A DNA stretch of 56,107 nt, the filler included, from Sphacelaria rigidula (lineage: Eukaryota), in NCBI GenBank assembly GCA_964200075.2. It is 7 parts of 7 records of this genome, joined end to end, with 100 filler letters (N's around TTAATTAATTAA, not from the genome) between each part and the next. Parts side by side here need not be neighbours in the genome. Positions count along the whole stretch, not along the records: positions 32,121 to 40,049 come from CAXNAA020012944.1; positions 40,150 to 48,078 come from CAXNAA020012945.1; positions 48,179 to 56,107 come from CAXNAA020012946.1; 4 more parts are not named here. One strand, given 5' to 3'. The notes beneath the pieces were generated by a model. It was not told the DNA's origin. It did no database searches and saw only the letters and a program-made list of their open reading frames with translations. Of the stretch, positions 35,672-48,329 are shown piece after piece. A program made the position numbers and the translations under genes. Within the stretch, counting starts at the first letter, position 1; every line of letters starts with the position of its first letter.

Positions 35672-38600
35672 AGAGAGAATGACGTATTGTGCCACCCGTC
35701 TAAAATACGACACATCATGTCTGTCAGTCTGTAACATAACGCGAGAGTTCATAGCAGAGACTGTTCCGGATCACCCTTGAGAACACATGTTCCACCATAT
35801 AGCCACACACTGTGCTACATACTTCGTTGTTCTTTCTGTCCGGGTTTTTCATGCTCTGACAGAGGCGTTTTGCGCTGTGTAAACATACGGTACCCCGCCA
35901 CCCCGGGACGTGGCCTGTTCTGGTGCCCAAACAGCCCCTTCCTCCCCCCTCCCCTCCACCCCGTGCTCCGTCTCGAAAGGGATGCGTGGTCAACGGTCGA
36001 ACGACTATCCAAGGCAAGCAACAAAATAGTACGCCTCCCTTTCCCCTCTCCACCAGGGCACACAGTTGTTTTTTCTGTCCTCAGGGAGCAAAAGCAGGAA
36101 CCAACCCATGCCGTACTTCGACATTTCTAGTTTCGTACAGCGCGTTTAACCGCCGGGGCGATTGCCCTCTACGCTCCCGCCTTCTCAGGGCCTGCCCTCA
36201 AGCAAACCCGCCGTAACCGCTGGCTCGGTCTACGGGTAGGCAGGCACCAAGGCGGGGTACACTCCTTCTCTACCTGGGTATTCTTCGGAGTCTCATCTCA
36301 CCGAACAAGCCGTCCTTGTAGGTGGGGATCGGCCAAGGATTGCTGCACGCGCTGCCCTACCTATCCGGGATCCGGTCTGTCTTCGAGGGTGCGATTAATC
36401 TCGGTCATTTACCACGGTATGGTAGATCATGATCGTATACCAGTTTTGCTATCCCCTCCCCTCCCCCCTCCCATCCCCCTCCCCCTCTGAATCTTGACCC
36501 GAGGTTCACGGAAATATGTGCTTTAGACAGATACACACACTCGTGGACTAGTGGCATACATTTTGTATCTACTGTTCAAGAGAACTCTATTGCCGTTTTG
36601 TTTCACGTTACAACATGTTTGCGACCGTCCTGTTTTTTGTTTTTGTTCTTTTACCTGCAGATGTCGATGTCGGACGTTCGCAAGAGCACATCGTCGGCAC
36701 GATACACCTGCGGCGGCGACCAAGAAGAATATGCACAAATACAATAATAAAAAAAAGAGGGAGAACGACTGGTGCAATTCACTCACTCAATCATTCATAT
36801 ATTACGGGGATGTCAAACAAAAGCAGGGAGGTGTAGCACTCGAAAGTTTCTTGTGACGATAACGACGATTCGATGACGACTTGGCTCTCTCGGGTTTTGG
36901 AGCAAATGATGCGACCAGACTGCACGTACGAAGCACAAACTCTTACACGTGGTACGCTGTATTCACCGAATACAACTAACAAAAATAACGCTATATGCAT
37001 GTGTACCCCTCCAATACCCAGTACTGTCTGTAGGGAGACGATGATGAGTGTGTCAGTTTGAATTGATCATCAGCATCTATCTACTATTTCGCTAATTTGT
37101 TATTACCGATCGCGAAGTATACATTTTGTATGCGGGGCATTATTATCCACGCCAGCTGTTTATTACCTAGCGCTCAAGGCCAAGCGCAACCATTGATACT
37201 TGTGACACACTAGCTTCGCCGATACATACACATGTAATGTCTGTATCACAACAACACCTGCCTGTTGACTATGCCTGTTTGCCGTATTCATGGACACAAT
37301 ACTCGTACATGTACATAATCGGCAAACTCTACCGATCTAGAGGCCCGAGAGAAGCCATATTGTGATAAAACGACACAAAAAAACAATATGTATCAAGTCA
37401 AGAAACGCAATGCTGCACGAACCACGAAGATGTGCGTACAGACTTCTATAAATCATCAACCACCAATCGGGCTAGCTCTAGCGGGCGGAAGCATCACAGG
37501 TGATACGGGGAACACCTCCCGCCCCTGCCCCCCCCCGTCCTGGGTCACGACACCTCCGTATGATATATTTTCGTCTATTTTGACACCAACATTGATATCT
37601 ACATTCATGTTCGGGGATGAACTGGTTTGATGTGCTGGTTTGGCGGAGTGATTGTCGCGCTTTAACATTAACTCATCCGCTACGAACGAAGCTGTGGTCA
37701 TTAGATTGACGTATCCCATACGATGAATGATCGGGAACACTCACCGGAGGAAAGTCCACCAAGGGGAAAGACGCAGAAAGAGAGACCAAAACAGAGCTAA
37801 ATACAAAAAAAGGGGGGTGTACCCAGTATAGCATCCCCCCCCCACTCCCCCGGATTATTTCTCTGGGGTCATGGGTTGTCGGATATACAAACACTTGTCA
37901 GCCTGTAGATATGTTTGGAAGCCGTGGTCCTTCTTTTTCTGTCACCGAAATAACTTTCGTGGGAGCAAGTAAACTCTAAGCTATGATAACTAGACCGCTT
38001 TGGGTACCATGTTTTTCTTTACACAACATCAGAGGAGCCCATCACGACGAGGGATTTAAAAAAAAAAACGGATTTCTGGAGTATAGTCTAGTATCTGGGG
38101 ATCGCATATACCGTCGTCTACAGTACTTTTTCGTGATAAAGTGAAAGGAAATGCACATCTTGAAGTTTCCTCGTTATCCCTTGCACGTCAGAACCAATTT
38201 CGGAACAATATCATCGATGAATCTACTGTGCTGGGAACACCTCAATGCTTCAGGTGCTGAGCAGCTCCTCACCGCTTCTGAGGCACCATACGTGCCGGCA
38301 ACCTGCTATGCACTCTCGTGATCCATGAGGCAACCTTTGATTCATGTACTTGGATCTACGAAAGTTAGCCTGGCATGAAAAATAAAGCATTCTCTTGCGA
38401 AACAAAATAAATACTTCACAACTCCAAAAGTGCTGGTGTCCCATCTATTATTGTGAGTTTCTGCAACGCGAATATAATAGTAGGTGTGTAGGGTATTAAC
38501 AACAGTGTGGTGTGAAATGCGAGATCCCCGACCAATTGGGCTCGTTTCCTGGTGTTGTCCTCAGGCAATCAATCCAACTCGCCCCTGAATAGTGTAGTAT

Positions 38601-38873
38601 GTGGACCTGTTTAGAATGTAGCCAGCCTAACTCAGCTCGTATCAATGTGGAGAGAAAATGCATTGCAATGTACACTCGTTAAACCGACCACATACCCACT
38701 CGCATGTCTGGTTTGGCGAGAACTGCAGCACCGACAGGCTACAACCAGAGTTGAACCCTGAACCCTGACGAAGTGACTTCATTAGCTTCTACTCCACGGT
38801 ACTGTTTGCCGTTCCGCGCGGTGAGGGGGCTTGTGTTCCGTACAACCCAAACCAAACCTTCCGCACATGATCA

Positions 38874-39230
38874 CACACGCGGCCATTTTTGGCTACCCCC
38901 AAAGTTCCTCCAGAGCGGTCAACTTTTCGAGCCTCCAGAGGAATTGAATGCCTCTGGAGGGGTGCGCGGCCCTCCACAGGAAAACTTTTTGGTTTCCGTC
39001 AGAGGGATTGCTTCTCTCCGGAAGCTCATTTTGCCTCTGGAGAGTCACGCAACTCTCCGTGGGCATTTCGCTACCCTAAAATTCCTTCGGAGGGGTGCGC
39101 GGCCCTCCAGAGGGGCAGTTTTTGGTTTCCTCTAGAGGGACTCAAGGCCTCCAGGGGCTTATTTTGCCTCTGGAGGCCTTGAGTCCCTCTGGAGGCATTT
39201 TAGGGGGGGGTACCCAAATGGCGGCGTGTG
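38874..39230. mobile_element. CACACG-terminus MITE, candidate 2-bp TSD (CA)
   Basis: ca|cacacgcggccatttttggctacccc...ggggtacccaaatggcggcgtgtg|ca; inverted relative to 23519-23879. Confidence 0.78.
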
Positions 39231-39795
39231 CATCTTCCAGTACCCGAACGACATCCGCTTCAAGATATCGCGGGAAACTGTCACTCATGCCAACTACCAT
39301 ACCAACTTCAATTGACGTTTGGGCTTTTCATCAAGAAGCAGCCTCTATTTTACGCCATCCAGCATATCGCAGCGTCGAGGAAGTATTACAGCGACCAGAA
39401 CCGTCCATCAAAGATGTATCCATATTTTACACCCACATATATATATATATATACATTCGCCTAGAAATCCTCTTCTTCTACTCGCCGGTAATATCTATCT
39501 TGATGCCGTGGAGTATGGCGAAAGGTCTATTTCATAATTCTGGCCCGACATCCCCATCAAAACAGAGGTGTGGAGTGATCACGATGACATTGCCCTTCGT
39601 TCACTAAATATTCGTCTGTGTACTCAAAGTTTATTGCCTGAGTGATCACGAAACCAGAGGCAAACATCAACAGCTTCGTGGAACCGTACAGACAGTACCT
39701 GCAGGTTGGCCTTTAACTTCCATCCTGTTTTCATTACTTCAGGCGGTAAATGCATTATTCTTGTTTTTCATACCTCATCAAAAGGGGTGTGCACT

Positions 39796-40030
39796 GGACA
39801 ATTTCTACGACAGCCCCCCCCCCAAAGTGCCCGGTTCGGGCAGGCAAAATCTCCACGTGAATCGAAATGGAAAACACCGAGCACAACGAGTAGCTGGGAA
39901 TTCCCACGATTGGGTTCGTTCTCGTCAATGTCGCCCACACGAGGCGCTTCATGCAGCCTGAACCCAAACATCAGGCGCTGTATGACCATTTTTTCTGTGA
40001 CATTTTGGGCTGGTTTGGGGGAGGGGGGGC
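39796..40030. mobile_element. MITE copy (GGACA...CCCC family), right end decayed
   Basis: Aligns over ~230 bp with 49686-49934. Confidence 0.75.
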
Positions 40031-40049
40031 GGTTGTTCTCATGATCATG

Positions 40050-40149
40050 NNNNNNNNNNNNNNNNNNNNNNNNNNNNNNNNNNNNNNNNNNNNTTAATTA
40101 ATTAANNNNNNNNNNNNNNNNNNNNNNNNNNNNNNNNNNNNNNNNNNNN
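40050..40149. other. Artificial contig spacer
   Basis: N run with TTAATTAATTAA. Confidence 0.98.
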
Positions 40150-40339
40150 ACAAGCGGGCCGCGGGTGTGTAAGAACGTCCCATACACCTCCGAGCATTTT
40201 TTTGGGGGGTCCCCCCCCCCCCCCCCCCTATCGTGGGATGACTCTCATTGTAGGCTGTCATCCAAATGCGAGATAATCAGTAGGCTTCGGGTCGATCAAT
40301 CTTGGCAGCTCACTCTTCATGCGACTCGCCGAACACACC

Positions 40340-40575
40340 ACGGCGCTTCGCGCTTGGTGATTGAGTGCGAGCCTGGTCGGGCGAAAACCCGGCGTGCTGC
40401 GCCCAAACTTTGTAGGAATGCGAGGTCAGTAGCCTGATGACTATGGCATGCATGATCATGAGTACACCCCTTCCCCCCATATCGTAGCGGTGCTTTGTCT
40501 CGGAAGGGATGCGTGGTCAATGATCAAACGGCTAAGGTAAGCAACAAATGATACCTCCCTCCCCCTATGGCAGCA
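40340..40575 (-). repeat. Interspersed repeat family D, longer inverted copy
   Basis: Reverse complement of 47965-48078; its right part (gggatgcgtggtcaa..aacg.cta.aggyaagcaacaaa) recurs at ~35975-36045 and ~52180-52240. Confidence 0.7.
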
Positions 40576-41270
40576 TGACTACCAAAAGTTCAAATTAAGC
40601 TTCTAACGCTTAAAAACGAGCCGTGCAAAGGTGGACAAGAGCAAAATATAACCAAAGCTGGCCCAAGTCGTAGGCTCCGAGGTTTCGATAACGGCTGTCT
40701 GATAACAACGATCCAGCTGGAAATGGAACAAATGAAGAATGTGGAAACGATATGGAAATTCGATATCTTGCAAGTTTCACTGTTAACAGGCAGCAGATGC
40801 TTTCATTTCTAGTTTTTTTGCTCAGAGGTAGTGCTCGAAGTCTCGGAGCCTAGCGAACCAGGAAAACGGGCTGGACTCTGTGAGGTAATGCATAGTGTCT
40901 CAGACCCGTTGTGACAATATTTAGCAGTTCGGGGCTCTCAAAAACTGTGTTAAAATCCCAAACAATGAAAACCCGACCCCCCAAAAAATCCAATCCCCAT
41001 GTAACATGGTCGAAAGAAGGCCCCGCCCGCACTGCCGAATAAAAGATCTCTTTCTTCCGAATGATCTTGACGATATATGTGTATATCCAACGACAGATCT
41101 TCCCGGGAGGGGGGGGGGGGTTAAAGCTTCTTGCCGCTCAAATCTGACGAAGGACCCGCAACAACAAAATCTTACGTGAGTTATGCGGGCCAGTACCACC
41201 TGCTTGTTCACTGTTCTGTACGTCAAGTCTATGAGTTTCGAGTGTGCTTGAAAATATATATTTACTACAT

Positions 41271-41561
41271 GTGTGCCCGGTGGTGTAATGGTCCAACTGT
41301 CGCCATTCGGGTGGAGAGAACGTAGGTTCGATTCCCGATGCGTCGGGTTTCAACTTCGTAGTATCTGATTTCCACCGTGGAAACCGTGAGAACGAGAGTA
41401 AACAAAGTAGATGACCGAGTTTGACGTGAGTTGACGCGGTGCGGGAATGCTGATCCAATCCGCGAGACCGAAATACCAAACGGGGGGAAAGATGACTTGA
41501 TCCCTTGAGACCACGGAATCGTCCCGAGGAAGGCGAGGGGTTGAAAGTGCGACAAAAAAAA
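41271..41561 (+). mobile_element. SINE family B, full length, poly(A) tail
   Basis: CCCGGTGGTGTAATGG (A box), GGTTCGATTCC (B box), ends GGGGTTGAAAGTGCGACAAAAAAAA. Confidence 0.88.
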
Positions 41562-42319
41562 TATATGGTTCTGCAAAAGGTTACCCTCTGACACGCACTA
41601 GCTGCTACTGAATATATCCTCTGCTGGGCCTGTGCTTTCAGGGGAGACGGACGCCGACGCTGTATCTACAGTAGTTTTTGTACATCACGACAGAGTAGTG
41701 TACAGGTATCTGTTGTTCAGTTTCTAGGTTGCTCAGTAGCTTTGTTTCCCTGTACAACTGCCAGCCAGGTGACAAATGGGAAAAAAAATCATTGCAGATG
41801 TCGAAATAGAAGGTGCCACCCCGTGTTGTACTCTGCGAGAAGAAAATGATACAGTTGATCTGCTCCCGAGGCAAAGGAAAGGGCCGAAGCTCGTAAGAGT
41901 AGGGCGGCGGGTGTACTGCGCCAAGTTGATGGGGGGATGTACAGGGTTCGACCCCCACACTTGCATTGAGCAAAGCTTACGAACGCTCCAGGCGCCTACC
42001 CCTCATGATTGCCGCGAGGCGGTCTACCCAAGCCTCTGGGTAAATCGGGACACGAACCCGTGGGTGAGGGTTGGGTGAGGTCTTCCCCTTGCAAAGGAAA
42101 GAAGGGAGTAAGTACACACCACCGTTGTAGGAGGACTGGCGGTGACGCTGGCGCTAGTGCATCCTCCGCCGACACCGTTAAAGGTCAAAACACGAAAAAC
42201 ACCGTAGAGTTGTGAAAAAAATACACAATGATTAATCAACATTTCATTCAGCTAGTACACCGACATACAAGAGCACTGCTGTACTGGCTTCCTTGTATTT
42301 TACTCAAAACAAAACGCAC

Positions 42320-42892
42320 CTTAAAATCCGAGACAAACCTCTCCACCGATTTCCGCCGCCGACCTCCACCCCTCAAACTCTCGGACTCCGCCGTTGCTTC
42401 TTCCGCCTTCGGTTCCTCTTCCTCCTCCTCTTCCTCTTCCTCCTCCTCTCCCTCCTCTTCCTCCTCCTGCCCCCCGCCCTTCGCTTCTACACCTGCACCC
42501 CCACCATTGCCCCCGCGCTCGGCACTTCCACTCCTCCGCTTCTTCACGGGCGCGTCTGCTTCTCCATCCTCATTCTCGTCTATTTCCATACCCACTGTCG
42601 CCGTACCAGAGGCGCCGCCAGCACCATCACCGCTAGAGCTGTTACCGGAGCTCTTCTCGTCACCGTTCTCCTTCGGCGTTTCCTCGTCTCCCTCCTTCCC
42701 ACCCTTACCGTTCTGCATGCCCTCTGTGGTATTTGCATTCGTATCTGGCGTAGATTCGGACATCTTCGCGGTACCTGATGATGAATATCCTGCGCTGCCT
42801 GGGACTGCCAGTCTTTCCCAATCTTTTGGATCACTACTTGCGGGTGCCATAGACTGTGGCTGCTGCTGCTGCTGCTGCTGCTCTTCCTCCAT
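42320..42892 (-). CDS. First coding exon of a probable DEK-like chromatin protein
   Basis: ATG at 42892, 191 codons, AAG|gtgcgt donor; polyQ, acidic tracts, KKRR NLS-like motif and RRRKSVERF, which resembles the N-terminal R.RKsVER motif of DEK proteins. Downstream exons not found. Confidence 0.55.
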
Positions 42893-43738
42893 TTGTCTTT
42901 TTTCGTTTCTTGAGGGGGAGTTCAACGTTTATTTGTGCTTTTTCTGTGCAGCAGTATGATGCGTTCTGATCTGCAATACAGTATTTGAGCCCAGCTACCC
43001 TCCTCTGCTATAAAGCGGAATGCACCGTGCAGTACAGTAGAGCGGAGTACAGTAGGGTGCAGTGCTGTTCGTGTGTTTTTTTCGTAGCGTTCGCTCCGCT
43101 TTTCCCCGAGGTTGTGGCTGTTCCTCCCTCCCCTCCTAGTCTTCTCTAGAAACCCTTCCCTGCGCCTGATTATTTTTGCTGTTATTTTCTTCTTGCCTCC
43201 TCAGATGTTTTCTTCACGCACTGCGAGCGGAACGAGAAGAAGACGCACGTGAAAAATAATAGCACAGAGGGAGGGCACCGTTAAATGACGGCAGTGCTTC
43301 ATCAGCGCCTACGAGCGATCTTGTGCAGTGTGTGGGCGGGGGATTCGGGGAGAGATGTTCTCTTGGCATTGTTAGCTGCAAAAAAAAAAAAAAAATAGAT
43401 TGATGGAATAGATGTTAGAGCGATGCCTGCAACTACAAGGCCAGTGAACGCCTCCTTTTGAGAATGAAAATCTGGATCAAACAAGCAGACAGGTGAGCTG
43501 GACTATGACCATAAGGTATCGTAAAAGACAATCCGACGCAAGCTCACGCACGTGAAATGATGTGTAGATCACCCGCTCATTTTACACGCACTTTTGAATT
43601 TTGAATTTTATACCGAACAATCTAAGACGCTAGCCTGCGCGCGTAGACGGCATACTTTCTCCCAACAGTCGACACGATGGATGTACCTTTTCGATCGAAC
43701 GTACAGCTTTTGCGGAGCAGGCAAGCAGGTGTCGGTCG

Positions 43739-44209
43739 TCACCCTTGTTTGAAAAAAACACATTTGAAAATGCCCCAACCAAATTCCTGTAGATCCCGAA
43801 CGTGGTACTTTAGTACAATGCATACGCCGACGGATCTGATTGTACGTGAGGCGGGATCAGATATTATACGCAGGTTGGAAGGCAATCTAATCTCAATGCC
43901 TTTCATGTTGTGATGCGGAGCGCAATATTTGCAGATTGGGAAATGTCGAGAGCATGAAGACATATCATGATTCATCAGCTGCGGTAGTGTCGGCAACCCT
44001 ACTGGCATGTATAACGGCCGCGATACCAACCAGCACACGCGTTCTGTAGAGCTTACAGGAAGTCCCACTTGCATGCACATACTGAAATCCGAAAACCTGC
44101 CCCGCCTGCGGATGCTCCTCTCAACTTTCAGCCCATCAAAACATGATCGTTTCAAACAACCATAGAAGGTATCCACAGCCCATCCGTCTCCGGCAATCGA
44201 AGTGGCCAT
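43739..44209 (-). CDS. Intronless ~156-aa ORF of unknown function
   Basis: MATSIAGDGWAVDTF...IEIRLP...RSVGVCIVL...VFF; weak resemblance to ORF 20914-21528. Confidence 0.3.
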   Translation of the reverse strand: MATSIAGDGWAVDTFYGCLKRSCFDGLKVERSIRRRGRFSDFSMCMQVGLPVSSTERVCWLVSRPLYMPVGLPTLPQLMNHDMSSCSRHFPICKYCAPHHNMKGIEIRLPSNLRIISDPASRTIRSVGVCIVLKYHVRDLQEFGWGIFKCVFFKQG

Positions 44210-45130
44210 TGTACACTGCTTTCCGCACGGAACCAATCGTCAACGCACACACCCACCACATCGAAACATCAACAACCCATAGGGTACAGTATTCAAAAAC
44301 CGCGGGCTGAACAAAAATGCGGTGAAGGGAGGGCTCGCGCTTTCCTCTCGGTAGTGTCACTCCTGATTTCGTATTCCAGAAATGAGTGAAGATAATGGCC
44401 ATCAGTGAATTCTCTCAGTATGATACTAACAGTTTTGCAGTACGAGTGCACGTACCTCCACTTGAGCATGTCGGTATCTCCGCGTGGGCCCGTTACTTCC
44501 TGTACGCTGAGTCTAGTCGCGATTCTACCGGATACGATGAATTAACTAATGCACTTTAAACAAAACATAATCCATGACTTGGTTCTATCCACGACGGTGA
44601 TGCAAGGACTCCGCTTTTCGACGATGAACACAAGGGTGTCCGAATATTCCCTGATTTTATGATTTCGCTATATTGATCTGCTTCATTACTGAGTTTATCT
44701 TGGACTCAGATTCTCTAGAGGGTTCACCTCCCCTCGAAAGTAAGACCGTGTAGATCACCAGCGGGTACAGAGGGGGTAGATCATGAATCATGACCATAGT
44801 TCCGTATACTTGCGGGACGGCAACTGGACTGTTGATATGAAATATCCGTCGTTCGGGCGGGCACAACAGGGGATGAGACGCAACACCTGGAGCCCTTGAC
44901 TCATCCCACCTTTTTATTACAGCATAAAAAGCAAACGGGTTCATTGGTTAACCAGACTGCTCCATCCCTGGGTTTACAACACACACAACACTGTCTGTTG
45001 TAGTACTCGTTGCTCATTGCAGACGAGAGAAGACGCACGCGCCTCCAGTACAGTCGCACATTTCACGGAACACAAACCAGCAAACTGCAAGAGCTTATAA
45101 CCACAGACCTGTCCCGTCTAACCCCTGAGA

Positions 45131-45335
45131 ATGCGGCGGTCATCTCAAGGGTATAATGGGGATGGCGGCGGCGGTGCAGGAGGTTCAGGAGGGGTTGGGG
45201 GTAGGGCAGGCGCTGCCGGAGTTGGCGTAAGCAGTGGTCGGACTGGAGGGAGCACTCTGGGGAAGATAAGGAGGTCGTTGGTCAAGCGAATGAGTGTGTC
45301 TTCCAAGCGCAGCAATTCAAGTCTTGACACTCCAA
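45131..45335 (+). CDS. First coding exon of unknown gene (Gly/Ser-rich N-terminus)
   Basis: In-frame TAA at 45119, ATG at 45131, CCAA|gtgagt donor; upstream cattgcag acceptor near 45022. Confidence 0.5.
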
Positions 45336-47964
45336 GTGAGTTCTGCCCTTGTGTGCAGTCATTTGTATATTATACCCTACAGGAACTTTGATGTGCTGAC
45401 TGCACTGGCAAAGGGAGGAAGCCGGAGATGTTATTTGGCGCGTTTCTGTTCGAACAGGCGCGGGTGTCGCTAGCGGGCAGAGACTGCTGGTGTTAGTACG
45501 ATATATAAGCTGGCCTTTTGTTGTGCACGCTCGAGCATAGATGATCATGTTTACCGTATCGTAGAGTGGTAAGCGATGGGAGGAGGAGCATAGATGGGGG
45601 GGGGGGGGAAGCTTTCAGGCATAGTACTGCCGGTCCATCATCTTTTGTACAACTGTACTACTGTAATATAGCGGAAATAGATGTCTGTGTTGTATTCGAG
45701 CCGTTTTGGAAGCGAAATTTAACGTCGACGTTCCGTGTCAACAAACATCAAACGTAATAATTTGTACAATCATCCAGGTATCACTGCAGTTATGGGCATG
45801 AGTCGTCTGCCGATATATATGTACATGGTCAATCAGTAGCTTGCCATACACGACTGCACGTCTATAGCTCCACGATGCCCGACGAACGCAGACAGTTACA
45901 GTGCTGTTCAGCCTGTGCAGCACCTCACTGTCCTCATGTACAAATGCTTCTTACGGATTATTCTTCGCTGCGGACAGTACAATGAACAGTCACTCTGTTC
46001 CATCGGGTACCCTTCCGTATGTTCACCCGCCCGGACATGATATTTTGGCGCGTGATTTTGGCGCGAAGAGGGCGGGGAAAGGGCGGGGGTTCGGGGAGGG
46101 TTACCGTTAGCATCAAGAGTCTATGCGAGACGGGAGGGTTTGCGCGTGGCGCTGTCTATTCAACGTACTTGAGCCACCCTTCCCACGAATCTAGAGTGGA
46201 AAAACGATCGTGTAATCTGCAGTGGGAATAGCATATGTGGTGTTCTGCTTTCCCCTCTTGTGGTCTGTGTCCCACTTTAGGCTTTGGCGGAAAAATGAGA
46301 ACCGAGGTCAAACCTCGTGCGGCATGGAACGAGCTTCTCTGCACGGTACAAGTGCACACGTACAATTGAACCTATGACCTTGGTGTGCACAACTATTGCA
46401 GTCCACCACTGTTATCTGTAGCCCATTCTTATTTGCACCAGACAGAACTATCGGTACTAATCATTTATTTTCCTAGGGTGATGAGGTTGACAGCACAGCG
46501 AAAGTGGGAAACAGTACAGCGCAGTGCACAGCTCGTGGTGCTGCTATATATAATGTAGGGGGTTTTCAAGACAGCGAACAACGCTGCTGCCGCACAACAT
46601 GATATCGGACGTGCGCTGTTCTCCAGACAGAGTGAACGTTCACTGTACCATCCGTTCGTACGGTCCTGTCATGATGTTCACGTACATGGCGGACTGCTTT
46701 TGCTTTTCGGTCTGTCTGCACGTGCTCCGTAAGTTGTCTGCAACTGGTACTCCTCTCGATGTCAGACGTCTTTTCGGAACAGTATTATCCAGCGGGCCCT
46801 GGACGCTGGGTTATTACGCTCAACGTTTGAGCTGGGCAGCTCATCTATGGTTACGACAAGCACTCCCCATGACCCTATGCCTTGTAATCTGTGGTCTCCG
46901 ATCCTTGGCCTGTGTATATCGTGGGCACGCAATGCCTCATGTCTCAGCCTGTGTAAGTGCCATTTCAGCACGCCGGACTGAACCGTTTGGCACCAGACCC
47001 CGTCAGATGGTCCTCGAGCTAACCCACTAGGAATATATTGAAAGCAACGAAATAGTATATTTATGTACACATAGTTAGTCAGGGTTGGGGATCACAGAGT
47101 ACAGAACATGCTGTCATGAAAAGTGCTGCTCACAAGAGAGAAATCTAGGGACTAGGAAAAAGGTTGCAGCGTAGGATTAGTCGGCGAATGCCTGGGGGTG
47201 CTTTTGTTCCGAAAGGAGATCTAGCGCCCACGGCGTGGATACCCGATCCACTCCCGTCGATGTGCAAGAGGAATCTGCAACTTTTCATTGTGGGCTCACT
47301 GCGCCGAAATTCATACGAAGAATATCCGCGTTTGTTGCCTGCTTAAGTGATTGTGGAGGGACCGCAGGGCGCCGAATATTTTTTGGGACTGCATGCAAGG
47401 CTCCAGTGAATTTGGCGCGAAGATGAGAGCGTCGGGGTGATTGGCGTCAAGGATCGTTTTCAAGTCGTCCGAGAGCCTTGAAGGCGATATGCAAATAGCG
47501 ATGCCCCAAAACACACCATCTGCGCGCAACCCTGATTTTTTATTGCGATACAAGTAATGCCGTCGCAGCCGCGGTAGTCCATTTTGTTTAATCACCGGCG
47601 GGTTTCGCCAGAGGAGAAATAGTGGGGGTTCAAATCCCGACAGCAATGGTTTTTCCTTGTTGAGGGCCGTAATTCTTCACGGGCGCTGTTATTCATATTT
47701 TGTCTTATATTTTTATGGATGAGAATGTATTAAAAGTAAAAAGAAATAAAACCCGTTAATAGTGGCCCCTGCCACTTTTTTCCATCGTGAAAACCGTGAG
47801 AACTTGAGTTTACTATAACATCCGATGGTAGTCGACGGGGTTTTTGGTAGTCATGATCTAATGTTTTGAGGATACATTGCACAACAGGTACGGGAGGAGA
47901 GATGGGTTGGTCCCTTGAGAACACAAGTACAGCCTCGCGTCGCGAGAAGAGGAGAGCGCGGGGA

Positions 47965-48078
47965 GGGGGGGTGTACTCACGATCATGCAAGCCATAGTCA
48001 CAAGATCAATGACCTCGCATCCCGACAAAGCTGGGACGGAGCACGCCGGGTTTTTGCCGGACCAGGCTCGCACTCAAT
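47965..48078 (+). repeat. Interspersed repeat family D at contig end
   Basis: Matches 23881-23990. Confidence 0.8.
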
Positions 48079-48178
48079 NNNNNNNNNNNNNNNNNNNNNN
48101 NNNNNNNNNNNNNNNNNNNNNNTTAATTAATTAANNNNNNNNNNNNNNNNNNNNNNNNNNNNNNNNNNNNNNNNNNNN
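48079..48178. other. Artificial contig spacer
   Basis: N run with TTAATTAATTAA. Confidence 0.98.
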
Positions 48179-48329
48179 GTTTGTAGAGCCTTATCATCCG
48201 ACGGAATGCACAAAACATCACTACTGCCAACACGCACGCGAAACATACCATGGTCAGCCAAAGTAGCTTGACCGAAAGTCGTAGGAAAAGAATGAACATC
48301 TCCGCCGAGTGTTTCGCGCTGCGCGGTAC

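Noticed and set aside
31703-40049. Truncated or pseudogenised P5A ATPase lacking the DKTGT domain
   Set aside because: The gene simply runs off the contig at 32020; all visible exons are intact and in phase.
42228-42959. 243-aa Ser/Pro-rich plus-strand ORF
   Set aside because: Antisense shadow of the acidic DEK-like exon.
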